A stretch of DNA of 27,251 nt, from contig JBEKHC010000069.1 in NCBI GenBank assembly GCA_050012475.1, positions 1 to 27,251 on the forward strand, in the 5' to 3' direction. The notes beneath the pieces were generated by a model. It saw nothing but the letters and a program-made list of their open reading frames with translations, searched no databases and had not been told where the DNA came from. This DNA is from Candidatus Velthaea sp. Lineage in GTDB: Bacteria; Vulcanimicrobiota; Vulcanimicrobiia; Vulcanimicrobiales; Vulcanimicrobiaceae. This document shows, one piece after another, positions 7,350 to 16,668 of this stretch. Each line of letters starts with the position of its first letter. The first letter of the stretch is position 1. A program made the position numbers and the translations under genes.

Positions 7350-8318
7350 ATGCGGGCTTTGCGCTTTGATGCGTTCGGCGATCCATCCGTCCTTCATCTA
7401 GCCGATGTCGCCGATCCCGTGGCGGGCATCGGATTCGCCGTTGTGCGCGTAACGGGCGCTTCGATCAATCCAAGCGACGTCAAGAATGTCGCGGGCGCAA
7501 TGGAAGGAACCAGCCTGCCGCGGACGCCGGGTCGTGACTTCGCCGGCGTCGTCGAGGGTGGGCCAGCCGAATGGCTGGGGCGCGAGGTCTTCGGAACGGG
7601 TGGGGATCTCGGTTTCACCGTCGACGGCACTCACGCTGAGTCGCTCGTCGTTCCCGTATCCGCGTTAACTCCCAAACCCGCCCATCTGACCGCTGCAGAA
7701 GCCGCAAGCGTTGGCGTGACGTCAGTGGTGGCCTGGCAGGGACTCATCGAATACGCGGTGCTGCAGCCGGGTGAAGTCGTGGCGGTCATCGGTGTGGGCG
7801 GCGGAGTCGGCACAGCGGTCGCGCAACTCGCGCGATGGCGGGGAGCCTCCCTGATCGTCGGCGTCGACGTGCAGGCGCCGGCGCCGGATTCACCTGCCGA
7901 ACACGCCATCGATCGCTTCGTGCCAAGCGACGCGAACCTTACCGACGCCGTGCGCCAAGCAACAGGCGGCTCGGGCGCGAATGTCGTCTTCGATGCGGTC
8001 GGCGGAGTCACATTCGAACGCGCTCTCAAGAGTCTGGCCCAGCAAGGACGCCTCGTGACGATCAGCGCTACCGGTCGTGCGCGCGTTGAATTCGACTTAC
8101 GGGATTTTTACCACAATGAAAGCCGCATCATCGGTGCCGACAGTCGCAAGTTCGACGCGAGCGCGTCCGCGCAGCGCCTTGCTGCGATGCTCCCGGCGTT
8201 CGAGTCTGGCGCGATCGCCGCGCCGCCCATCGACGAAGTCGTGCCGTTGAACCGCGCGGTGGAGGCCTACGAACGCGTTGCCGGCGGCGCACGTGCTCGC
8301 TTTGTTCTCGCTCCTTGA
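7350..8318 (+). CDS. MDR-family (quinone oxidoreductase-like) NADPH oxidoreductase
   Basis: MRALRFDAFGDPSVL, SINPSD, PGRDFAGVV, GVGGGVG, VVFDAVGG. No Zn-binding cysteines. Confidence 0.92.
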   Translation: MRALRFDAFGDPSVLHLADVADPVAGIGFAVVRVTGASINPSDVKNVAGAMEGTSLPRTPGRDFAGVVEGGPAEWLGREVFGTGGDLGFTVDGTHAESLVVPVSALTPKPAHLTAAEAASVGVTSVVAWQGLIEYAVLQPGEVVAVIGVGGGVGTAVAQLARWRGASLIVGVDVQAPAPDSPAEHAIDRFVPSDANLTDAVRQATGGSGANVVFDAVGGVTFERALKSLAQQGRLVTISATGRARVEFDLRDFYHNESRIIGADSRKFDASASAQRLAAMLPAFESGAIAAPPIDEVVPLNRAVEAYERVAGGARARFVLAP

Positions 8319-8337
8319 GTGACGCACTCGCGTCGTA

Positions 8338-8388
8338 CTCGACGCCGTCAGCGAAGCCGAGCGGCGTTCGGCGCTTCGCGCGTCGAGG
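8338..8388. terminator. GC-rich hairpin between convergent genes
   Basis: Nested pairings CTCGACGC...GCGTCGAG and GCGAAGC...GCTTCGC between the stops at 8318 and 8392. No U-tract. Confidence 0.4.
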
Positions 8389-8391
8389 CGT

Positions 8392-9696
8392 CTACGTGCC
8401 GCTCGAGGCCGTCATGAGTTCTTTGGGCGCCGGTTGGAGGACAGCCCGGCCCATCCAGTGACATGCGAGCAGCGCGAGTTCGACGTCGAGCCGTCCTTCC
8501 CGCAAGGGGCGCCCGCGGAGCTCTTCGGCTTTCCGGATTCGATATTGGGCCGTGTTACGGTGAAGGATCAGTTGATCCGCCGTTGCGGTATAGCTGCCGC
8601 CGGTCGCAAGAAAAACCCGCGCCGTTTCGCGGAAGAGCGCGTGACGTTCATCGTCGAGCGCAAGGGGTCCGAGCGTTTCGGCGACCCAAGCGCGGGTCGA
8701 TTCCAAGTCGGCACTCATCAGCGCGAGCGGTGCGACCTCGGAAAAAGGCGTTAGCCTCCGGCGCTGCGATCCCGCTGTCAGGGCTACCGCGTGTGCACTA
8801 ACGGCCTGCTGATGCGTTCGACGAAATCCTTCGAGCGCCCGACCCGGTTCGCCGGATGCTGCGTTTACCGACGACGGCATTTCGGCAAGCGCCCGTGCGA
8901 AGGCGCCGCGCGCCGGTTCGTCGGAGCCGCCAAGCGGAATCCAAATCCAAGCAGTCTTCTCATCGTAGGGCACGAAGAGCGGGCGTTCTCGCGAGCCTAT
9001 GATGTGGGCGACCAAATCCGTGAACCGCCGCAATTCCGTCAGCGGGGCTACGTCGGTGAGCGGATCGTCAGCCCAGATCACGGCTCCCAAGTGCTGCTGA
9101 CGGATACGATAACCCCCGAGTCGCGCTTCGGCCGCGGCGATATCGACGTTGCGCTCGCTCAGCAGGGCCATTACGCGAGCCGCGACAACTGCGCCGCGAT
9201 TTTGCAGCCACTCTTCTCGTGCCAGTTCGTAAGCGCTAACGACTTGTTCGACGATCCGATCGATGTACTCCGACACCTGCTCGACGATTTTGAGCGTCGC
9301 GTCCGCTTCAACTTCATCGGCGCCCATTTGCTGCATTGCCTCTTCCAAGCACCGATGCAAGAATCGGGTTTGGCCGACGCGATAAGCTCGAATGAGCGCA
9401 ACGATCGCAACGTCACGCTGAGCCAGTCGACGACCGTACTCGAGTGCCGCACTGGGTGCATCCACGTCTTCGGGGCGCATTCCATGACGCAGTATATGCG
9501 TGATCGCATCGACGTTTTCGCGAACGCTTGCTTCAAGCAAACTCGTAACCCGTTCGTCGCCGCGCAGGGCTGGGACCGCCGCTTGGATGCGCTCGCGGAT
9601 ATCCAGCGCGATCTCGATGAGCCGCGGCCCCAAACATGCTCCCACTGCTGCTACCCGGTCGGTGACCGCCAGATTGTCGAGGTCCGCCAAGCTCAT
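8392..9696 (-). CDS. PucR/CdaR-family transcriptional regulator
   Basis: C-terminal ETARVFLATGGSYTATADQLILHRNTAQYRIRKAEEL HTH, central GEPGRALEGFRRTHQQA, N-terminal GRRLAQRDV...RAYRVGQ. Start moved to ATG 9696 (GGGGGGAAGCC upstream). Confidence 0.92.
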   Translation of the reverse strand: MSLADLDNLAVTDRVAAVGACLGPRLIEIALDIRERIQAAVPALRGDERVTSLLEASVRENVDAITHILRHGMRPEDVDAPSAALEYGRRLAQRDVAIVALIRAYRVGQTRFLHRCLEEAMQQMGADEVEADATLKIVEQVSEYIDRIVEQVVSAYELAREEWLQNRGAVVAARVMALLSERNVDIAAAEARLGGYRIRQQHLGAVIWADDPLTDVAPLTELRRFTDLVAHIIGSRERPLFVPYDEKTAWIWIPLGGSDEPARGAFARALAEMPSSVNAASGEPGRALEGFRRTHQQAVSAHAVALTAGSQRRRLTPFSEVAPLALMSADLESTRAWVAETLGPLALDDERHALFRETARVFLATGGSYTATADQLILHRNTAQYRIRKAEELRGRPLREGRLDVELALLACHWMGRAVLQPAPKELMTASSGT

Positions 9697-9920
9697 GGCT
9701 TCCCCCCTTGGGTCGGGTCGGCTAGAAGTGCCTAGGATTTGCGGCTTCGTAAGCGATTCGGAAAACTCCCTGAAGCGACGACGAACCGCCCAAGCCCCGG
9801 ATCGGTTTCCGTAATGATCGGACGGCAGGCACGGCCCTTCACCCAATATGATTTCGTCCGAGCAACCTGCGGTCGCGCGTTAGAATCGACGGGTGTTCGT
9901 CTTGGAAGTCTTGTTCCACG

Positions 9921-9954
9921 TGCTGGACAGACGACGACTTGCTGGACAGACGAC
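9921..9954. promoter_or_regulatory. 15-bp direct repeat TGCTGGACAGACGAC x2, candidate regulator site
   Basis: Exact copies at 9921-9935 and 9940-9954 in the divergent intergenic region upstream of the PucR gene. Confidence 0.5.
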
Positions 9955-10257
9955 AACGGGCGGCTAGGTCCGGACGTAGGCCGCAGACGGGTCGTTCGGC
10001 GCCTGAACACCGCGGACCGAGACCCGCTGTGCCGGCAACCTGCGCTCGGAGCAGAATGCGAACGCCGAAACAGACGGGAGCAATTGGCGATGCAAGCCTG
10101 TTTCATGTGCGCCGGATACGACCGTTTCCTCGAAGCTCGTGCTTCGCGCCCGATGCGTGCCGCAGCTCGTGCACGTACGTTGGCAGCCATAGCTATCTCA
10201 GCGCGGGGAAAGGAGCGTGGTGAACGTTCTCGAGGGAGTCGGCGAAGAACTCGGTGT

Positions 10258-10384
10258 CTCGCCCTTGATGCTTACGTCATCGCAGGCATCACCGGCCCCA
10301 TCACGCCTTGGAAGGAGCTCTATCGCTCGTTGCTGTTGTTGGGCGGAGATACGACGATAGTCCTTAGTGCTGCCGGTCATATCC
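10258..10384 (+). pseudogene. phaC: PHA synthase C-terminal fragment
   Basis: LDAYVIAGITGPITPWKELYRSLLLLGGDTTIVLSAAGHI matches class II-type PhaC D.Y.VAGITDHITPWK..YRS..LLGG...FVLS.SGHI. The catalytic Asp of DH is lost. Confidence 0.8.
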
Positions 10385-10530
10385 GAGGTTGGCGCCGAGA
10401 CCGTTGAACAAAAGTAGCGGAGCGAACCCGGCCGTCCTGCGGTCGGGGCGGCTCGCCGGCGACGTCGAGCAAACGGCGACGGTTCTGGTGTCCGCGTCGC
10501 CGTCCTTACTTCGCCTTTTCCTCTGGTCAC
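10385..10530 (-). pseudogene. phaZ: PHA depolymerase N-terminal fragment, inverted
   Basis: DADTRTVAV...RP...APLLLFNGLGANL matches the intracellular mcl-PhaZ N-terminus (PLLIFNGIGANLE). GAGGAAAAGG lies at its 5' side. Confidence 0.72.
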
Positions 10531-10706
10531 GGTTCCACCCGGTCAACTGTTTCTCGCAACGAGCGCTCGCGTGTGCCCGCCGATTGCGGCTGCGTTCCTG
10601 TCTACCTGCGGGCGGACGTGCGCGGTGAGAGCGCGGGTAGGGAAGCGACGCAACACGCTGCCGACGGGGGCCGAACGGCACATCGCCCGCCGCAATTGGA
10701 GGCCTC

Positions 10707-11933
10707 ATGATCACTCAGCCTAACAACCTGGACGGCACGGGGAAGTTCAAAGAGTTCTCCTTGCCGACATCTACGCCGCCGACCGATTACTATTTCATCG
10801 ACGATCTGCTCAAGGCCGAGGAACGCGACGTACGCGACCGGGTTCGGCAGTGGGTCGACCGCGAAGTCATTCCGATCGCGGCGAGGTATTGGGATCGGGC
10901 GGAGTTTCCGTTCGAGCTTATCCCGAAATTCCGCGAGCTGGGGCTTACGGGCGGCCCGATACGCGGATACGGCTGTCCCGGTTTGTCGCTGGTCGCCGCA
11001 GGTCTCGTTTCGCAAGAGTTGGCCCGGGGTGACTCCAGCATCGCGACGTTTTACGGCGTCCACTCCGGCTTGGCGATGGGTTCGATTGCGATCCTAGGCT
11101 CGCAGGAACAGCGGGAGCGTTGGCTGCCAGCCATGGCCCGGATGGAGAAGATCGGCGCTTTCGCGCTCACCGAACCGACGCACGGTTCAGACTCGATCGC
11201 CCTCGAGACGTCCGCGCGCCGAGACGGTAATTCGTGGGTCCTGCGGGGCGCTAAGAAATGGATCGGAAACGCATCGTTCGCGGATCTCATCATCGTGTGG
11301 GCGCGCGACGAAAGCGGAGACGTGGGCGGCTTCGTGGTCGAGAAGGGCAGTCCGGGCTACAGCGCTACGGTGATCGAAGGGAAGATCGCCAAGCGCGCGG
11401 TCTGGCAAGCCGAGATCACGCTCGACGATGTGCGCGTGCCGCGCGAAAATCGGCTTGCGCGCGCGCATGCCTTCAAAGACACCGGCAAGGTGCTTACCGC
11501 AACGCGATACGGCGTCGCGTGGGAGGCGATCGGGCACGCGATGGCCGCGTACGAATACGCGCTTGCGTATGCAAAGCAGCGTAAACAGTTCGGAAAGCCG
11601 CTGGTTTGTTTTCAGCTCGTCCAAGATAAGCTGGTGCGCATGTTGGGCGAAATCACCGCTATGCAGCTGCTTTGCCTGCGTCTCAGCCAGCTCTTGGATG
11701 AGCGCAAAGCCACGCAAGGGGCGGCTTCGCTTGCGAAGCTCATGAACTGCCAAAAGGCCCGGAAGGTCGTGGCCGACGCACGCGATCTGCTGGGCGGCAA
11801 CGGAATCCTCCTCGACTACCACGTCGGCCGTCATTTCGCCGACATGGAAGCGGTGTACACCTACGAAGGGACCGATCACATGCAGATGCTCGTCGTGGGC
11901 AAAGATATCTGCGGCGTGTCGGCCTTCAAGTAA
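10707..11933 (+). CDS. Acyl-CoA dehydrogenase (glutaryl-CoA dehydrogenase-like clade)
   Basis: GAFALTEPTHGSD, GAKKWIGNAS, RKQFGKPL..FQLVQ, LLGGNGI, YTYEGT. SD GGAGG. Confidence 0.95.
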   Translation: MITQPNNLDGTGKFKEFSLPTSTPPTDYYFIDDLLKAEERDVRDRVRQWVDREVIPIAARYWDRAEFPFELIPKFRELGLTGGPIRGYGCPGLSLVAAGLVSQELARGDSSIATFYGVHSGLAMGSIAILGSQEQRERWLPAMARMEKIGAFALTEPTHGSDSIALETSARRDGNSWVLRGAKKWIGNASFADLIIVWARDESGDVGGFVVEKGSPGYSATVIEGKIAKRAVWQAEITLDDVRVPRENRLARAHAFKDTGKVLTATRYGVAWEAIGHAMAAYEYALAYAKQRKQFGKPLVCFQLVQDKLVRMLGEITAMQLLCLRLSQLLDERKATQGAASLAKLMNCQKARKVVADARDLLGGNGILLDYHVGRHFADMEAVYTYEGTDHMQMLVVGKDICGVSAFK

Positions 11934-12035
11934 ACTTCAAGGAACAAGTGGATCGACTTCCTCGATCCTTCGCGTTCGAGTCCCCGTCCTTTCGTCATGC
12001 GTCGAGTAAAACCCGACACGTTCTAGGAGGCGAAC

Positions 12036-13682
12036 ATGCCCGCTTACGAGTATCCGCTGCTGCTCAAGCAATTGTTGCTCACGCCACTGGCGCAGAACAC
12101 GCCGCACGAAATCGTTTACGGCAAGAGCCGGCGGTACAACTATCCGACGCTTCGCGAGCGCATCGGCCGACTCGGCAGCGCCCTTTCCCGCTTGGGGGTA
12201 AAGGCAGGCGACACGGTTGCGATGATGGACTGGGATAGTCATCGCTATCTGGAGTGTTACTTCGCAGTGCCGATGTTGGGCGCTGTCCTGCAGACCGTGA
12301 ACGTCAGGCTCTCGACGGAGCAGGTCGTTTACTGCCTCAACCACGCGGAAGCCTCGCTGCTCATTTGCAACCTCGATTTCTTGCCGATGTTCGAGGCGAT
12401 GCGCCACGACCTAAAAACCATCGAAAAGATCGTCTGGATCAGCGATGCCGGACCGATCCCGGAGGGCCCGCCGGGACAAGGTGAGTACGAGGACTTCATT
12501 GCATGGGGTGATCCCGGCCACGTGTTTGCCGATTTCGATGAAAATACTCGGGCCACGTTGTTCTACACGACCGGTACGACGGGTTTGCCCAAAGGCGTGA
12601 CGTTCACGCACCGCCAGCTCGTGCTGCATACCCTTGCGGCGCTGGTGACGCTTCCGCTCTCGCGCGAAAGCGTGTACATGCCGATCACGCCAATGTTCCA
12701 CGTGCACGCGTGGGGAATTCCGTATGCGGCGACGCTCGCGGGGTGCAAGCAAGTGTATCCTGGGCGCTATCTTCCCGAGGTGCTTTTGGGGTTGATCCGG
12801 GATGAGCGCGTCAACTTCACGCACTGTGTGCCCACGATCTTGCAAATGATCCTTGCGGCACCCAGTTCCAAAGACGTCGACTTAACCGGCCTACACATGA
12901 TCATCGGCGGTTCGGCGCTTCCGCGGGCGCTGTGTGAAGCCGCGCTCGAACGCGGCATCGACGTGTTCAGTGGCTACGGCATGTCGGAGACATGCCCGCT
13001 GCTCGCAATCGCCACGGCCGAGCCGCAACCCATGCCGGACAAGGAGCGTGATATTAAGACGCGCATGAAGGCCGGCCGGCCCTTCCCGCTCGTCGACCTG
13101 CGCATCGTCGACTTCGATATGAACGACGTGGCCCACGACGGTATTGCCTCGGGCGAAGTCGTCGCGCGCGCGCCGTGGCTAACGCAGGTCTATTACAAGA
13201 ACCCGGCAGCCACCGGCGTCCTCTGGGAAGGCGGGTACCTGCACACGCAAGACGTCGGCACGATCGATTCCGACGGATACCTCCAAATTACCGATCGTAT
13301 CAAAGACGTTATCAAAACCGGTGGGGAGTGGGTCTCCTCGCTCGAAGTCGAGAGTATTATTGGACAGCATCCGGCCGTCGCTGAGGTTGCCGTCATCGGT
13401 TTGCCCGATCCGAAATGGGGCGAACGGCCGGCGGCGGCAGTCGTTCCGCGCGTCGGAGCCGCGCTGGAAGCGGCGGACATCAGGGATCAGGTCATGCGAC
13501 AAGCGGAACTCGGCGTGGTGTCGAGATATGCCGTGCCCGAACGGGTGTTTTTCGTCGAAGAACTGCCGAAGACCAGCGTCGGCAAGCTCGACAAAAAAGC
13601 GCTGCGCGCTTCTCTAGCCGCCGCAATAACAGAAGCACCCGCCGCGCCGAGCCCGAGCGCCATGACGACGCTAACCACGTAG
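12036..13682 (+). CDS. Medium/long-chain fatty acid--CoA ligase (AlkK/ttLC-FACS-like)
   Basis: FYTTGTTGLPKG, PMFHVHAWG, GYGMSET, DRIKDVIKTGGEW, PKTSVGK. SD AGGAGG. Confidence 0.95.
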   Translation: MPAYEYPLLLKQLLLTPLAQNTPHEIVYGKSRRYNYPTLRERIGRLGSALSRLGVKAGDTVAMMDWDSHRYLECYFAVPMLGAVLQTVNVRLSTEQVVYCLNHAEASLLICNLDFLPMFEAMRHDLKTIEKIVWISDAGPIPEGPPGQGEYEDFIAWGDPGHVFADFDENTRATLFYTTGTTGLPKGVTFTHRQLVLHTLAALVTLPLSRESVYMPITPMFHVHAWGIPYAATLAGCKQVYPGRYLPEVLLGLIRDERVNFTHCVPTILQMILAAPSSKDVDLTGLHMIIGGSALPRALCEAALERGIDVFSGYGMSETCPLLAIATAEPQPMPDKERDIKTRMKAGRPFPLVDLRIVDFDMNDVAHDGIASGEVVARAPWLTQVYYKNPAATGVLWEGGYLHTQDVGTIDSDGYLQITDRIKDVIKTGGEWVSSLEVESIIGQHPAVAEVAVIGLPDPKWGERPAAAVVPRVGAALEAADIRDQVMRQAELGVVSRYAVPERVFFVEELPKTSVGKLDKKALRASLAAAITEAPAAPSPSAMTTLTT

Positions 13683-13707
13683 CAACTCCGGTATCTCATC
13701 GAGCCTC

Positions 13708-14180
13708 GAGGGTATCCATGGCAACCGCCAAGAGCGGATCGGACCGGCGATCGCGCCGCGTGCCGCACGTGACGGAGCGAGCGTCGCGATCGTCACGAAA
13801 ACGGTCGAACCGCATCCGAAGCTTGCAGGTATGATCTTTCGTGCCGTTGAGGCCGTACGGGCAGGCGGGCGGGCACGCCTATTCCGCTCGCCTTCGCCGA
13901 ACGTTGGACACCGCGCGGACTGCGTTTATTTGAGGATCGATCACCGGCAGCGCCAAGGGCTGATCGGACCGGCGATCGCGGTGTGTGCCGCAGGTGACGG
14001 AGCGAACGTCGCGATCGTCGCGATCGTCGCGAAAATGGTTGAACCACACCACGAAGCTTGCAGGCATGATCTTTCGCGCCCTTGAGGCCGTACGGGCAGG
14101 CGGGCGGGCAGGCAATTCCGCTCGCCTTCTCTGAGCGTTGGCACGGCACGGGTTGCGTTCATTTGAGGATCACCGCCAGC
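13708..14180 (+). pseudogene. Tandem duplication (~230-bp unit x2 plus the start of a third) of an HSDL2/AtuG-like SDR 5' fragment
   Basis: Unit 1 (~13708-13931) reads IGPAIAPRAARDGASVAIVTKTVEPHPKLAGMIFRAVEAVRAGG, compared with family IGLAIALRAARDGANIAIAAKT.EPHPKL.GTI. Unit 2 (~13932-14164) is a diverged, frameshifted copy. TGAGGCCGTACGGGCAGGCGGGCGGGCA is shared exactly. Confidence 0.85.
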
Positions 14181-14240
14181 TTTCGCTTGCGTCTCCGTCG
14201 AGTTTACTCATGGACGCATCCCGAGTTGTGAGATGGTGGT

Positions 14241-15851
14241 TCAGCTCATTACAAAACCGGGGTAGCCCCTGATGGTGAGCTCCTCGCATTTCTGGTGATA
14301 GGTTCCGACCCCGCCGGCGAACGACAGCATTCGCCGTTGCTTGCCGGCGACGTTGGAGCCGACGTACCACGAGTTGGTCTTTACGAAGAGCGTCGCGTTG
14401 GCGATGTCGTCGTGGTACTTGACCCAGTCGTCTTGGGTCTGTCTGCTCGGCTCGATCTCCGTCAGGCCGCGCGCCTGCAGGTGGCCGATGCAGCCGGTGA
14501 TCCAGTCGACCTGATGCTGCAGGCAGGTGGTCATGTTGCACAGCGCTGCCGCCGGTGCGAGCGGAGCGCCGGTAGTGAACAGGTTCGGATAACCGTGAAT
14601 TTGCAGGCCGAGCGTGGTGCGGATTTCCTTACTCCACTCTTCCTTTAGCGAGCGCCCTCCGCGCCCGCGGATGTCGATGCGGGTCAGCGCGCCGGTGCCG
14701 GCGTCGAAGCCGGTGGCGAGGACCAAGATGTCGATCTCGCGCAGCTTGCCATCGGCGGTCCGAAGGCCGCGTTCCGTCAGGCACTCGATCGGCGTCTCGT
14801 TCACGTCAACCAGCTCGACGTTATCGCGGTTGAACGCCTCGAAGTAGTTCGTTTCCAGCGGCACCCGCTTCGTGCCGAAGCCGTAGGTGGTGGGAATAAG
14901 TTTTTCGGCCACCTTCGGATTTTTGATGCGCGCACGAATCTTGTCGCGCACGAAGGCGGAGATCTCTTCGTTGACCTGCGGATCGAAAAACAATTCGGGG
15001 AACAAGCCGACCCAAAAGCTCAGCGAGCCTTCTCCCCACATCTCTTCGAGATCCGTTCGTCGCTCCTCGGGCGACAGATCGGCCCACCGACCGTACATGA
15101 AGTCGGAGTCGAAGCCGGCGAACGTTCTCATCACGCGATGGCGCAACTCGTTGAAGCGCTTCCGGTAGGACGCACGATCCGCGTCAGACAGCTTGGGATT
15201 CCTCATCGGGATCGCGTACTCCGGGCCGCGCTGGAACACGGTAAGCTGATCCACCTGACTGGCAATGGTCTGGATGACTTGGATGCCGGTCGCGGCGGTC
15301 CCAATCACACCAACGCGCTTGCCCCGGCAATCGACGTCACTGGGCCAACGCGCGGTGTGGAAAATCCGGCCCTTGAACTCGCCTTGTCCGGCGAACTGCA
15401 CCATCAGCGGTGCTGACAGCATCCCGACACAACTGATGAGGTACCGCGCCTCAAAGGTTTCGCCTTTGTCAGTGCTGATCGACCATCGCTTCGCCGCTTC
15501 GTCGTAGCTGGCAGCCGTCACGCTCGTCTTGAACTCGATGTCCTTGCGCAGATCGAAGCGATCGGCCACGAAGTTCAAGTAGCGCTCGGTTTCGGGCTGG
15601 GCCGGAAAGCGTTCGCTCCAGCTCCACTCGTCGTTCAGTTCCTTGGAGAACCAGTACTGATAGATGTGCGATGGCGAATCGACGCGCGCGCCGGGATAAC
15701 GGTTCCAGTACCAAGTGCCGCCGACGCTGTCGCCGGCTTCTACGGTCTTCACTTTGAGTGTATCGCGTAACCGATAGAGCTGGTACAGGCCGGCGATTCC
15801 CGCGCCGATGATCACGGCATCGAGTTGGGTGGTGGGGCGCGTGCTGTTCAT
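14241..15851 (-). CDS. Type I Baeyer-Villiger monooxygenase (cyclohexanone monooxygenase family)
   Basis: GAGIAG, GGTWYWNRYPGARVD, fingerprint FKGRIFHTARWP, GTAATG, ATGF. SD GGGAGAG. Confidence 0.95.
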   Translation of the reverse strand: MNSTRPTTQLDAVIIGAGIAGLYQLYRLRDTLKVKTVEAGDSVGGTWYWNRYPGARVDSPSHIYQYWFSKELNDEWSWSERFPAQPETERYLNFVADRFDLRKDIEFKTSVTAASYDEAAKRWSISTDKGETFEARYLISCVGMLSAPLMVQFAGQGEFKGRIFHTARWPSDVDCRGKRVGVIGTAATGIQVIQTIASQVDQLTVFQRGPEYAIPMRNPKLSDADRASYRKRFNELRHRVMRTFAGFDSDFMYGRWADLSPEERRTDLEEMWGEGSLSFWVGLFPELFFDPQVNEEISAFVRDKIRARIKNPKVAEKLIPTTYGFGTKRVPLETNYFEAFNRDNVELVDVNETPIECLTERGLRTADGKLREIDILVLATGFDAGTGALTRIDIRGRGGRSLKEEWSKEIRTTLGLQIHGYPNLFTTGAPLAPAAALCNMTTCLQHQVDWITGCIGHLQARGLTEIEPSRQTQDDWVKYHDDIANATLFVKTNSWYVGSNVAGKQRRMLSFAGGVGTYHQKCEELTIRGYPGFVMS

Positions 15852-16513
15852 GGTTCTCTCCTTGGCCTGCAGCGAAGATCTTGCACTTCGAACCTTGATT
15901 CGCGAACGCGATGTCGTGGCGCACGTCGTCCTCGGGAGCGTTGTGCTCGAACCGTAGCTTGAAATACGTTAGGGCTTCACACCACGTGACGACGGGGCGG
16001 TATCTCTACACGAGAATTGTCGGGTCAGCTGGTGTTGCAGCAACCTGCTGCACCGTCCCCGGGAAGAGTACTGACTCGAACTTGTCGCTGCCAGTACCTC
16101 CGCGGAGGTATCATTCGGCGGCACGGACACCGAAACGCCTCGGATCCATTCGGCGAAGAGATGACGTCGTTTTGCGGATCGTACACGATCGTGGAGTATC
16201 GCGCGCTCCCCGAGTGACTCGTCTTTTCCTGATTCTCACGATACGTGCGGCTCAACGATATGTCACCGTGCGCCGCGTACGGAACATCGCGCCTTCCGTC
16301 GTGTTCCGGTCACAACCGATCCGTTGTCGAATGTCGCGATTGTGCGCGTAACACGAAGCGCAGACATACATTCGTGTCGAGCGCCAGATGGCGAACCACC
16401 GGTGCGTTCCCAGTCCCAGGGGCGTGTTGGGCCTTGCTCGACCGCGTCAAGGCAGGCCGCTCGAGCGAAGCCCGCATGCAACGGTTTTAAGCCGCGATGC
16501 GAGGAGACGTATT

Positions 16514-16636
16514 ATGGTTGTCGAGGATTGCCAATCATGCATCGGGGGGCCGTGGATGCCCGCGGCTTCACCCAACCGCTTCACGGTGATCAACGTGAGC
16601 ACCGAAGAGCCGATCCGGCGCCTCGCACGGAACTAG
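16514..16636 (+). pseudogene. Aldehyde dehydrogenase N-terminal remnant
   Basis: Strong SD GAGGAG, then MVVEDCQSCIGGPWMPAASPNRFTVINVSTEEPIRRLA*, matching ALDH YIGG.W..A.S...F.VINP.TEE.I. Truncated after 40 aa. Confidence 0.7.
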
Positions 16637-16668
16637 GCGCCGCTCGCGCCATCACCGGACGCCGGCGT

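Noticed and set aside
8791..9735. 314-aa + ORF, and similar long antisense ORFs (11187-11879, 19600-20685, 20716-21813, 23423-24409, 24679-25392, 26573-27244)
   Set aside because: Antisense shadows of well-supported high-GC genes.
9739..10407. 222-aa ORF as an intact gene
   Set aside because: Only the last ~45 aa are PhaC-like. The rest is Arg-rich read-through of promoter DNA.
11974..11985. GTTCGAGTCCCC tRNA-like motif between the ACAD and ligase genes
   Set aside because: No pairing T-stem or other tRNA features, so likely chance.
13708..14180. CRISPR array or MITE
   Set aside because: Units are ~230 bp, coding-derived, and lack unique spacers or terminal inverted repeats. No cas genes in the window.
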